Origin: a virus
Taxonomy: Duplodnaviria; Caudoviricetes
IMG/VR virus record: IMGVR_UViG_3300023178_000006
DNA: 64,000 bases
Reading direction: 5' to 3' (one strand)
The notes below the pieces were generated by a model. That model worked only from the letters and a program-made list of their open reading frames with translations, was not told the DNA's origin and ran no database searches. A program made the position numbers and the translations under genes. Every line of letters begins with the position of its first letter. The stretch's first letter is position 1. Shown piece after piece: positions 9,087-17,510 of this stretch.

Positions 9087-11633
9087 ATGACAATGACTTC
9101 ATTTTACACTTCCGTAGAACGCTACGGTAAGAATATTTTATGGCGAGGATATGAGAACGGTAAACGTTTCTCGTATCGTGTTCCATTTAAACCCACACTA
9201 TATCTTCATACACCAAAGAAAGGTGGTGACTTCAAGTCGTTGATTGGTGGTAAAAGTCTACATCCTCAAAAGTTTGGTGAAATGCGTGAAGCTAAAAACT
9301 TTATTGAAGAGTATAAAGGTGTCGCTGGTTTCGAAGTATTTGGTTCAACAAACTTCGTTACACAATTCATTCAAGAACATTACCCAGAAGAAGTAAGATT
9401 TAATATTGCTGATGTGAACATCGTATCTTTCGATATTGAGGTTGACATTCGTGATGGATTCGCAGATATTGAACAAGCAAATAATGAAATTACTTCTATC
9501 GCATATAAATCATCAAAGTCTAAAAAGTACTTCCTACTTGGTCGTAAAGATTATGATAAAACAAAAACGATAACTGGTATTGACCCAGATAATATCGTAT
9601 TCGCAAAATTCGATACTGAAGCTCAATTGCTCCAAGGATTTATTAAACTATGGACTGCTGACTATCCAGATATTGTAACCGGTTGGAACGTAGAATACTT
9701 TGATATACAATACATCGTAACACGTATTATAAGACTACTTGGTGAAGAATCCGCAAAGAAACTTTCTCCTTGGAAATCGATTGACCAAAAACGTAGAGAG
9801 GTATTCGGTAAAGTTCAAGCAACATACAAAATTTCTGGTATGTCTGTTATTGACTATATGGATGCGTTTAAAAAGTTTGGTTATAAGTATGGTCCACAAG
9901 AATCATATAAACTTGACCACATCGCTCATGTTATTCTTGGTGAAAAGAAACTTGATTATTCTGAATACGGTTCATTGACTGCTTTATATGACGAAAACCC
10001 ACAACTCTATCTCGACTATAACTTAAAAGATACACACCTCATTCAAAGAATGGAAGAAGAAACATCTCTTCTCGCGTTGGTAATGACTGTTGCTTATGGT
10101 GGTGGTGTAAACTATAATGATGCATTTGGTACTGTGGGTATTTGGGAATCTACAATTTATCGTAGACTCATTGCTGACAAAGTTGTTCCTCCAGTTAAAG
10201 ATTCGCCTGGTCAACGTATGGGTGAACTCGTTGGTGGTTACGTAAAAGACCCAAAACCAGGAATGTATCCTTGGGTTGTATCATTTGACTTAAACTCTCT
10301 GTATCCTCATTTAATGTTGCAATACAATATGTCACCTGAAACATATCTTCCTAATGAACGTGAAGTTGTAACACAAGACATGGTACTCAATAGTGAGTTT
10401 AAAAATACGAATACAAATATGTCGGTTGCTGCAAATGGTGTTTGTTTTAGAAACGATGAAGTTGGTATTATTCCAAGTATCATTGACGAATACTATAATA
10501 ATCGTTCTGTGATTAAGAAACAAATGATTGCAGTTGAACAACAATTCGAAGTTGAAACTGACCCTGTTGAAAAGAAAAGACTGAAACGAGAAATGAATCA
10601 ACTTCATAATTCTCAAATGTCAATCAAAATTGCTATGAACTCTCTTTATGGTGCGACAGCAAATATCTACTTCTTATACTATATTAACGAAATGGCTGAA
10701 GCAATCACTACATCTGGTCAGTTAAGTATTCGATATGCTCAAAAATCTGTAAATGATTATCTCAACAAGATACTCAACACGAAAGATAAAGATTATATCG
10801 TATACATTGATACTGATTCAATTTACGTAAACTTTGGTCCATTCATCAAAGAAGTATTCGGTACAGTAGACATTGACCGTAAGCAAGGTGAAGAATTCTT
10901 AGATAAAGTATGTTCTACTAAAATCGAACAAATCATCGAACAAGGATATGAAAAACTTGCAAATGACATGGGTGCATATCGAAACGCGATGGTTATGAAA
11001 CGTGAAAAGATTACTGACCGTTCAATCTTTATCGCAAAGAAAAGATATATCCTTAATGCTTTGAATAGTGAAGGTGTTCACTATGAAGAACCAAAAGTTT
11101 CTGTTACTGGTTTAGAATCAGTTCGCTCATCGACACCTGAAATATGTCGTGAAAAGATGAAACAAATCTTTAAGGTTATCTTGTCTGGTGATGAAACAGA
11201 AACACAACAATTTATTGCGAAGTTCCGTGATGAATTTCGTAGCTTACCTCCCGAAGATATTGCTAAAACTTCGGGCACAGACAATATCAATAAATACATG
11301 AGTAAGGAAACTCTATATAGAAAAGGATGTCCAATGCATGTTCGTGGTTGTATTCTCTACAATCACTTCCTTACACAGAAAAAACTCGATAAGAAATACG
11401 AAAAGGTTCAATCAGGTGACAAGATAAAATTCATTTATCTTAAAGTGCCTAATCCTATTCGTGAAAATATGATATCGTTCCCCGGTGTACTTCCTAAAGA
11501 ATTAGGACTCGACAAGTATATTGATTATGATACTCAATTCGATAAAGTGTTCTTAGGACCAGTCGAAAACATTATTGAACCTCTGGGTTGGAAATCCGAA
11601 AAAGTAAATACAATTGAGGACTTTTTTACATGA
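9087..11633 (+). CDS. gp43: Family B DNA polymerase
   Basis: Exonuclease DIEV and YNLKD; polymerase SFDLNSLYP, K..MNSLYG, YIDTDS and KKRY. Confidence 0.96.
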   Translation: MTMTSFYTSVERYGKNILWRGYENGKRFSYRVPFKPTLYLHTPKKGGDFKSLIGGKSLHPQKFGEMREAKNFIEEYKGVAGFEVFGSTNFVTQFIQEHYPEEVRFNIADVNIVSFDIEVDIRDGFADIEQANNEITSIAYKSSKSKKYFLLGRKDYDKTKTITGIDPDNIVFAKFDTEAQLLQGFIKLWTADYPDIVTGWNVEYFDIQYIVTRIIRLLGEESAKKLSPWKSIDQKRREVFGKVQATYKISGMSVIDYMDAFKKFGYKYGPQESYKLDHIAHVILGEKKLDYSEYGSLTALYDENPQLYLDYNLKDTHLIQRMEEETSLLALVMTVAYGGGVNYNDAFGTVGIWESTIYRRLIADKVVPPVKDSPGQRMGELVGGYVKDPKPGMYPWVVSFDLNSLYPHLMLQYNMSPETYLPNEREVVTQDMVLNSEFKNTNTNMSVAANGVCFRNDEVGIIPSIIDEYYNNRSVIKKQMIAVEQQFEVETDPVEKKRLKREMNQLHNSQMSIKIAMNSLYGATANIYFLYYINEMAEAITTSGQLSIRYAQKSVNDYLNKILNTKDKDYIVYIDTDSIYVNFGPFIKEVFGTVDIDRKQGEEFLDKVCSTKIEQIIEQGYEKLANDMGAYRNAMVMKREKITDRSIFIAKKRYILNALNSEGVHYEEPKVSVTGLESVRSSTPEICREKMKQIFKVILSGDETETQQFIAKFRDEFRSLPPEDIAKTSGTDNINKYMSKETLYRKGCPMHVRGCILYNHFLTQKKLDKKYEKVQSGDKIKFIYLKVPNPIRENMISFPGVLPKELGLDKYIDYDTQFDKVFLGPVENIIEPLGWKSEKVNTIEDFFT

Positions 11634-12382
11634 AAATATGTGTAGTCACAAACTTTAGAACTGGAAGTACCAGTTTTACGTTATTAAAAGCAGACGAATA
11701 TAATGCACCTTATAAAGGTGAAATGTTTACGTTCTATCCAAGACCTTATGGACTAGGTGCAGCAAAAGCACAATGGCAAATCGTAAATTACTTTGAAGAT
11801 TGTACAGACGAAGAAAAGACACGCTTACAATCAACAGAATTATTTGTTAATCAACTTGAGCAAGGACACTCATGTTGTTTTAAACTTATGCCTGGTCAAT
11901 TAGTCGATGAAGAACTCAGAGATAGAATGTTTAAATCAATGGATAAGATTTATTATCTTTATCGTGAAGATTTTGCAGCTCAAGCTAAGAGTTGGATTGC
12001 GGTAAGACAACAAGACCATTTGGATTTTGCGAGAACAGGATTCGTAAGAGATGAATGGTTAGAAAGACAATATTTAGAAAAAGCAGCAGAAAGACAAAAG
12101 GTACTTCACCTAGGAACACTAGGTAAAGGTGAAACTGTTCGACATCATATCGATTTTGGTCAAAGACCAGCAGCAGGACCAAATGAAACTGAAAAGCGCT
12201 TAATTAATCAATTAATAGAAGGATACGAATGGATGGGTGAAATGTATAAAAAGTATCCTGGTGAACTTGTAAGAATGGAAGATTATTTTACTGACGAAAA
12301 GTATAATCCTTATAATAGGGAAATCACTTGGGCAGTAGAACCAGAAATTCCAGATTTTATCCCAAGTAAATGTTTTGAATAA
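11630..12382 (+). CDS. Sulfotransferase-like protein (Stf0/P-loop type)
   Basis: N-terminal NFRTGSTS (5'-PSB loop-like) and YLYREDFAAQAKSW (3'-PB-like, cf. Stf0 R...L.QAVS); ATGA overlap with gp43. Confidence 0.55.
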   Translation: MKICVVTNFRTGSTSFTLLKADEYNAPYKGEMFTFYPRPYGLGAAKAQWQIVNYFEDCTDEEKTRLQSTELFVNQLEQGHSCCFKLMPGQLVDEELRDRMFKSMDKIYYLYREDFAAQAKSWIAVRQQDHLDFARTGFVRDEWLERQYLEKAAERQKVLHLGTLGKGETVRHHIDFGQRPAAGPNETEKRLINQLIEGYEWMGEMYKKYPGELVRMEDYFTDEKYNPYNREITWAVEPEIPDFIPSKCFE

Positions 12383-12387
12383 AACAG

Positions 12388-12416
12388 TTGACAAATGCGC
12401 TATTATGTGTTATAAT
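12388..12416 (+). promoter_or_regulatory. Sigma70-type early promoter
   Basis: TTGACA 12388-12393, N17, TATAAT 12411-12416. Confidence 0.85.
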
Positions 12417-12439
12417 AGCCAAAATTTAAGGAGAACACT

Positions 12440-12727
12440 ATGAGTGATATCAATATCGTAAGATTATCAACAGGTGAAGAAGTAGTAGCTAAAGTTTCAT
12501 ATGATAAAGGATTCTATACTTTAACAGATGCAATTCTATTAGTTCCTGCAGGTGAAGGAAAAATTGGAATGGTTCCATTTGTACCTTACGCTAAAAGAGG
12601 TCCAGTTGTAATCGGAGAAGCTCACGTAATGTTTATGGTTGAACCTTCAGATGAACTTAAGAAACAAGTTGTCGAAGTCACCAGTGGAATCGCATTACCA
12701 GGCAATTCAGGATTAAAATTAGTATAG
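12440..12727 (+). CDS. Hypothetical protein of a type common in T4-like phages
   Basis: IVRLSTGEEVVAK N-terminus; AAGGAG RBS. Confidence 0.6.
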   Translation: MSDINIVRLSTGEEVVAKVSYDKGFYTLTDAILLVPAGEGKIGMVPFVPYAKRGPVVIGEAHVMFMVEPSDELKKQVVEVTSGIALPGNSGLKLV

Positions 12728-12735
12728 GAGAAACT

Positions 12736-12951
12736 ATGGTAGTAATATATGGCAAAGAACAGTGTGCCTATTGTACGATGGCAAAAAATCTTTGTGAACA
12801 GAAAGGGTTGGAGTACCAATACAAAATGTTAAATGAAGATTATACTCCACCAGAATTTTTTGACTTATTCCCAGGTGCTAGAACATTCCCTCAAATTGTT
12901 GTTGATGGAAAGCACGTTGGTGGATTCAACGAACTAAAGGAAAGTTTATAA
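12736..12951 (+). CDS. Glutaredoxin (NrdC/NrdH-like)
   Basis: CAYC active site, TFPQI and GGF. Confidence 0.88.
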   Translation: MVVIYGKEQCAYCTMAKNLCEQKGLEYQYKMLNEDYTPPEFFDLFPGARTFPQIVVDGKHVGGFNELKESL

Positions 12952-13259
12952 TGAAATATTTAATTGTAATTGCAGCATTACTTATCTCTAATACAGCTAA
13001 TGCTGAAGATAGATTTGCACCTATTCGTTCAACAATGAATACTTGTGCAGCTTGCCACGGACCTCAGGGTCAAGGTGGAATCGGTCCTAAATTACAAGGA
13101 CAATCTGCTGATGAAATCATTTCAAAATTATTAGCATATAAAAATAAAGAAGTTGTAGGACCACAATCTGCAATGATGTGGCCGACAGCAGGTATGCTAT
13201 CTGAAGGTGATATTGGTATGATTGGTGTTTATATTGCACAAGGATATCCAAATGAGTAG
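12951..13259 (+). CDS. Class I monoheme cytochrome c (c553/c4-like) with signal peptide
   Basis: Hydrophobic leader ending in ANA, CAACH heme motif, P.L.GQ...I...L..YK, and distal AMM methionine. Confidence 0.82.
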   Translation: MKYLIVIAALLISNTANAEDRFAPIRSTMNTCAACHGPQGQGGIGPKLQGQSADEIISKLLAYKNKEVVGPQSAMMWPTAGMLSEGDIGMIGVYIAQGYPNE

Positions 13260-13683
13260 AAACTGGGTAGAAGACATTCACAACATGCAAACGAAATATA
13301 AAACTCGTGAATGGGTTTGGGATAATCGTGATGATGTTGAGAAGCTTAAAAAGTTTTTAGAATTTAGAATTAATTTTCTTGAGGAAGAACTAACTGAAAC
13401 GAAGAAAGCGTTTAAGGAAGGAGACCCTGAAGAAATAGTCGATGGATTAATCGACCTATGTGTTGTTGCCATAGGAACACTTGATGCTTATGGCGTTAAT
13501 CCACATGAAGCATGGGATAGAGTTCTCAATGCTAATATGGCAAAAGAAGTTGGTGTGAAAGAATCTAGACCTAATCCCTTAGGTGTTCCAGATTTAGTAA
13601 AACCTGAAGGTTGGGAAGCTCCTAATCACGAAGGTAACCACGGCCTCTTCTTAAAGAATTTATTTAATGGGAGAATAGAATGA
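13252..13683 (+). CDS. All-alpha NTP pyrophosphohydrolase (MazG/PRA-PH-like)
   Basis: LEEELTE...EEIVDGLIDL and NMAK...KP.GW; start reassigned to ATG 13252. Confidence 0.75.
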   Translation: MSRNWVEDIHNMQTKYKTREWVWDNRDDVEKLKKFLEFRINFLEEELTETKKAFKEGDPEEIVDGLIDLCVVAIGTLDAYGVNPHEAWDRVLNANMAKEVGVKESRPNPLGVPDLVKPEGWEAPNHEGNHGLFLKNLFNGRIE

Positions 13684-13904
13684 AAGAGCCAATCGTAAAC
13701 GCTCTAGTAGCGAAATATAAAGCTCAAATTGCAGAGCATAAAGTAAATATTGATGTATTGTTAGAAAAACAAGTGGGTGTCGCAGAACATCCTGGTATTA
13801 TCGAAACAATCGATTTAGAAGTTACAAAACTTGCTGAAGCTGAAGATAAACTTTACATCGTTGAAAACAATTTCGTTATTAAACCACAACCAAGACTTCC
13901 GTAA
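13680..13904 (+). CDS. Hypothetical protein
   Basis: 74-aa ORF with ATGA overlap. Confidence 0.6.
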   Translation: MKEPIVNALVAKYKAQIAEHKVNIDVLLEKQVGVAEHPGIIETIDLEVTKLAEAEDKLYIVENNFVIKPQPRLP

Positions 13905-13931
13905 AAAGTTGCACTTTTTTCACAAAAACAG

Positions 13932-13960
13932 TTGACATTTACGAAAAACTATAGTATAAT
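13932..13960 (+). promoter_or_regulatory. Sigma70-type early promoter
   Basis: TTGACA 13932-13937, N17, TATAAT 13955-13960; predicted start near 13967. Confidence 0.87.
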
Positions 13961-13966
13961 ATACTA

Positions 13967-14195
13967 GATTGTTGGGAATAGGCTATGACGGCGAGACGAA
14001 AGTTTAGGACCCACGACGGTAACGAACCAACAATCACCTTGGTAGAGGGAATACTGCTCCTAATATGGAACCCCTGAAACACCAACAGATATACCAAGCG
14101 ACGAAAGTTTCGAGGTATATCAACCGAGTGAAAGTAAGGAACACCAAAACGGACAACCTCTGCCGAGACCTATATGTGACCTAGTTGATGGTCAT
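13967..14195 (+). ncRNA. Candidate structured non-coding RNA or leader of unknown class
   Basis: About 46% GC in an AT-rich genome. Stems: 13967-13975/14027-14035, 14038-14048/14157-14167, 14088-14095/14114-14121 and 14177-14181/14190-14194. Several GNRA loops. Confidence 0.6.
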
Positions 14196-14228
14196 TGAAC
14201 TAACTTATAAATCGGAGTAGAAACGATT

Positions 14229-15572
14229 ATGGAATATAACGTAAAAGTAATGTCTGCGCAAGAGATTGTAGACCTTCTTAATACGGGAAAATTAAATCCC
14301 GACCCAATTGGCCAGAGACCTCCCGTCTCTTCCGGCGTAAAAAAATCAATCGCAATTATCAAAGGACTCATGTCCGGTTATGGTGCTGGAATGTTAACCA
14401 TTCGAGACATTCGCAATGATGTCGAAGCACAAAAGATTTATGGTTGTGATTATCTTGTAATTGATGGCGGACACCGCTGTCGAGCTCTTAAAGCTTACTA
14501 TACTGGAAAGATTCTCATCGATGGTGAGAAATACATTGATTCAGATTTTAATCTGAGTGATGTCGATATACCAGTTGACGTAAGAGTATGTACTTCTTCT
14601 GAAGCTTCACGTCTATTTAGAAATATCAACACGACAACACCAACCAACTTTATGGAAATGGTAATGTCTGATGAAGAATCTAAAGTGTGTGAGTATATAC
14701 GTAGAAAAACTTCGTATGTACGCGAGTATTCTAATGAACCACATCCGTTGTTCGAAAAACAAATTAAACCTGATGGTAAAGTTGTTGTGCCAAACTGGGT
14801 TGATGACCAACCCAACCCAAGACGTAGATGGGACGAGTTTGTTGCTATCGCAATAATCCGTTCTATGGGTAAAGGTTTAGTTGATGCTGGTCAAACAGAA
14901 ATCGAAACACTATGTCGTGAAGATAATGAGATTCCTAAAACTGTACAATCAAGAGTAGACGATTTCTTAGACGCTGCTTTAAAATTACGTGTATTCCGTA
15001 AGTTTGGTTTAAATGACGCAATCTTCTCGGCTTTTTCTGTGTATTACTTTGGATTGGTTGAACAATTCGATAAGTTTAAAATTGATAATGATGAGGACTT
15101 CTTTAAGTTCTTTATGAAAACTTATACACTACTTACTGGCAAAAATGATACGTCTCTCGAAAAAGAAACGATTGAATACAATGATACCACCTTCTTTGTT
15201 AAGGAATTTGTCAGAAAGTATCGAAGACACTCAGCTGCAGGTAATGCACAGAAACTTGTATATAAACAGTTTACAATTCACGGAAACTGTGATATAATAC
15301 CAGATGGAATTACAGTTTTAGATACGAAACGTTCTCTAGGTAAACTCGATAGAGAAGAAGCATTAGCAGCACAAGGTTATGTTTGTGCAATTGATGGAAA
15401 ACCTTTAGAACTTGACGATGCCGTATTTGGACATGATACTCCTTGGTCACAAGGTGGTAAGAGTGTAATTGAGAATGGTGCGATGGTAAGAAGCGAACAT
15501 AACAGAAACATGGGAACTCTTACTCTCGATGAATATAAAATGATTTTAACTATGAGGGAAACTAATGCCTAA
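14229..15572 (+). CDS. DUF262/ParB-like domain plus C-terminal HNH nuclease (GmrSD-like architecture)
   Basis: VIDGGHR (cf. DUF262 DGQQR), F.NINT, and C-terminal GHDTPWSQGG...N...EHN HNH motif. Confidence 0.65.
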   Translation: MEYNVKVMSAQEIVDLLNTGKLNPDPIGQRPPVSSGVKKSIAIIKGLMSGYGAGMLTIRDIRNDVEAQKIYGCDYLVIDGGHRCRALKAYYTGKILIDGEKYIDSDFNLSDVDIPVDVRVCTSSEASRLFRNINTTTPTNFMEMVMSDEESKVCEYIRRKTSYVREYSNEPHPLFEKQIKPDGKVVVPNWVDDQPNPRRRWDEFVAIAIIRSMGKGLVDAGQTEIETLCREDNEIPKTVQSRVDDFLDAALKLRVFRKFGLNDAIFSAFSVYYFGLVEQFDKFKIDNDEDFFKFFMKTYTLLTGKNDTSLEKETIEYNDTTFFVKEFVRKYRRHSAAGNAQKLVYKQFTIHGNCDIIPDGITVLDTKRSLGKLDREEALAAQGYVCAIDGKPLELDDAVFGHDTPWSQGGKSVIENGAMVRSEHNRNMGTLTLDEYKMILTMRETNA

Positions 15573-15909
15573 AAATAATAACCCCGAAGCGGTCAACGTT
15601 CTTCAAGAATGTATCGACCTTCAGTTGAAAAAATCTAGGGATTATCAGAATCCTAATTCAACTGTACAACAAGCACAATACTATCCTAATGGTATTGTAA
15701 CTATTCACGATATCATGCATGCAAAAATGCTACGTATGAAATCGGTTATGGAAGCTATGCAAAGTGATGATTATAATCCAAACTTCGAATCTCTTGAAGA
15801 TTCAGCAAAAGATTTAATTAACTATGCGAGTTTCTTTGTTTCATTTTGTCGTGGTAAAATACCAGGCCAAGATTCCCGCAATGATGCATTTAATAAGAGG
15901 ACTAAATAA
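15565..15909 (+). CDS. Nucleotide-modification-associated domain protein (Nmad1/DUF1599-like)
   Basis: KKSRDY...K..R....ESLEDSAKDLINYA pattern. Confidence 0.55.
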   Translation: MPKNNNPEAVNVLQECIDLQLKKSRDYQNPNSTVQQAQYYPNGIVTIHDIMHAKMLRMKSVMEAMQSDDYNPNFESLEDSAKDLINYASFFVSFCRGKIPGQDSRNDAFNKRTK

Positions 15910-16163
15910 TGAGTAATGTGATTATACCTTCAAGTGATGAAGATAAGAAAAGAATTAAAGGTGCTATGGAAGAAATGAGTAATTCATTTACTAGAGTAGA
16001 AGCCGAACGTGATTTTCAAAAAGAAGCAATTAATGCCTTAGCTGACGATGTAGATATTCCTAAAAATATTCTACGTAAAATGGCTAGGATTTATCATAAA
16101 CAAAATCTACCAGCAGTTGTAGCTGAACTAGATGATATTGAAACACTATTGGAAACAATTTAA
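15909..16163 (+). CDS. Small dsDNA-binding protein (T4 DsbA/GapR-like)
   Basis: 84 aa, helical, ending ..LRKMARIYHKQN..., similar to remembered DsbA homologues. Confidence 0.5.
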   Translation: MSNVIIPSSDEDKKRIKGAMEEMSNSFTRVEAERDFQKEAINALADDVDIPKNILRKMARIYHKQNLPAVVAELDDIETLLETI

Positions 16164-16834
16164 TGTTAAGAGTTAGAGATATTCGTAATCAAATCGTAAC
16201 TGATTTTCTTCAAGGTGATTGGGTTATTGATAGAACAGGTGCTAAGACTGTTGAAGTCATTGGTGCCACATTTATTGCTGATGAAGATTATGTTATTCGT
16301 AAACCAGCTTATGAATACATCAAACGTGAATTGCGTTGGTATGAAATGCAATCACTGTATGTTGATGACATCCCTGGTGAAACTCCACAAATTTGGAAAG
16401 ACATCTCATCTGAAGAAGGTAAGATTAATTCAAACTATGGTTGGTGTATCTATTCTGATGAGAATGGTAATCAATACCAAAAAGTAAAACAAGAATTAAA
16501 GTCTAATCCAAACTCAAGACGTGCGACAATGATTTATAATCGACCAAGCATGCATACTGATTTTAACAAAAATGGTATGAACGATTTTATGTGTACTTAT
16601 GCTAATACGTTCTATATCAGAAATAATAGATTAGTTTCGCATTATATTATGCGTTCAAACGATGCAGTCTTTGGTTATAATAATGATTATGCTTGGGCAA
16701 AACACGTTCAAGAAAGACTTGCAAATGACTTAGGTGTTGAAGTTGGTGAATTAATTTGGACCGCTTCTAACTTTCACGTATACGAAAGACACTTTAATTT
16801 TATACAGGAATATATTGATGGCAATAAAGGTTGA
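16163..16834 (+). CDS. gp42: dCMP hydroxymethylase-type thymidylate-synthase-family enzyme (T4 gp42-like)
   Basis: Co-linear with T4 gp42 as recalled: D.TG.KT.E.IGA.F.ADE, DIPGETP.IW, INSNYGW, SRR..MIY.RPSM, DFMCT, MRSND.VFG..NDYAW (cytosine-specifying Asp) and HVY.RHF. Confidence 0.88.
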   Translation: MLRVRDIRNQIVTDFLQGDWVIDRTGAKTVEVIGATFIADEDYVIRKPAYEYIKRELRWYEMQSLYVDDIPGETPQIWKDISSEEGKINSNYGWCIYSDENGNQYQKVKQELKSNPNSRRATMIYNRPSMHTDFNKNGMNDFMCTYANTFYIRNNRLVSHYIMRSNDAVFGYNNDYAWAKHVQERLANDLGVEVGELIWTASNFHVYERHFNFIQEYIDGNKG

Positions 16835-17036
16835 AGTTACAGATGAACAATGTGATGAAATTGTGGTTGAAAGTCTTAATAATGCAATTGAACATTTCGA
16901 AGAAGCGTTCGAAGACAGAGCAAATGACGATGGTGGTTTAAACTACGCTCATTTCTCAACTAACATTCAAGAAGATTTAGCTGAAATACAAAAACACATT
17001 GAAGCATTTAAAACAGTGAAAAGTTATTATGTATAA
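16815..17036 (+). CDS. Hypothetical acidic protein
   Basis: 73-aa ORF overlapping both neighbours. Confidence 0.55.
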   Translation: MMAIKVEVTDEQCDEIVVESLNNAIEHFEEAFEDRANDDGGLNYAHFSTNIQEDLAEIQKHIEAFKTVKSYYV

Positions 17037-17490
17037 ATGGGATTCAAGATTCCTTAATATAGCGAGAGAAATCTCAACTTGGAGTAAAGACCCATCTAAA
17101 AAAATTGGTGCAGTATTCGTATCTGATGAACGTAGAATATTAGCAACTGGTTATAATGGGTTTCCTCAAGGTATTGGAGATAGTGAAGATAGGTATTTAG
17201 ATAGAGATATCAAATATGCATATGTAGTACATGCTGAGAAGAACGCAATATATAATGCTACATATCACGGAATCACTTTAAAAGATTCAACGCTATATGT
17301 ATGGGGATTGCCCGTTTGTAGTGAATGCGCTAAAGGTGTTATTCAAGTAGGAACAAAACGAGTTGTAATGCCCTCAATGGATTCTATGGGATTTGTCGAT
17401 GAGACAAGAGAAAAGTGGATTCATTCTTGGGAATTAAGTCATTCGTTATTTAGAGAAGCATTAATTGATGTTGATTTTGTTGACATTTAG
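17029..17490 (+). CDS. cd: dCMP deaminase
   Basis: S.DP..K.GA, TGYNG, HAEKNAI and PVCSEC. Confidence 0.9.
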   Translation: MYKWDSRFLNIAREISTWSKDPSKKIGAVFVSDERRILATGYNGFPQGIGDSEDRYLDRDIKYAYVVHAEKNAIYNATYHGITLKDSTLYVWGLPVCSECAKGVIQVGTKRVVMPSMDSMGFVDETREKWIHSWELSHSLFREALIDVDFVDI

Positions 17491-17508
17491 ATAAAAGTAT
17501 GGTATAAT
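17480..17508 (+). promoter_or_regulatory. Sigma70-type early promoter for the glycosyltransferase/methyltransferase genes
   Basis: TTGACA 17480-17485, N17, TATAAT 17503-17508. Confidence 0.82.
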
Positions 17509-17510
17509 AT

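Noticed and set aside
9087-11633. Intein or intron in gp43 (also checked gp46 and uvsW)
   Set aside because: Lengths are normal, motifs are co-linear, and no intein or homing-endonuclease motifs were seen.
13985-14077. 30-codon uORF MTARRKFRTHDGNEPTITLVEGILLLIWNP
   Set aside because: Weak RBS buried in the first stem and atypical codon usage; kept only as an alternative explanation for the region.
13967-14195. Assignment of the structured RNA as tRNA, tmRNA, hammerhead, group I/II intron, or c-di-GMP-I/cobalamin riboswitch
   Set aside because: No cloverleaf or CCA end, no CUGAUGA core, no intron P7 or domain V signature, and no interrupted gene. The GGC.A.AC-GAAA-..GGAC resemblance to c-di-GMP-I lacks the second stem.
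16163-16834. Calling this gene ordinary thymidylate synthase (thyA)
   Set aside because: It has Asp (NDYAW) at the base-specificity position and matches gp42 along its length.
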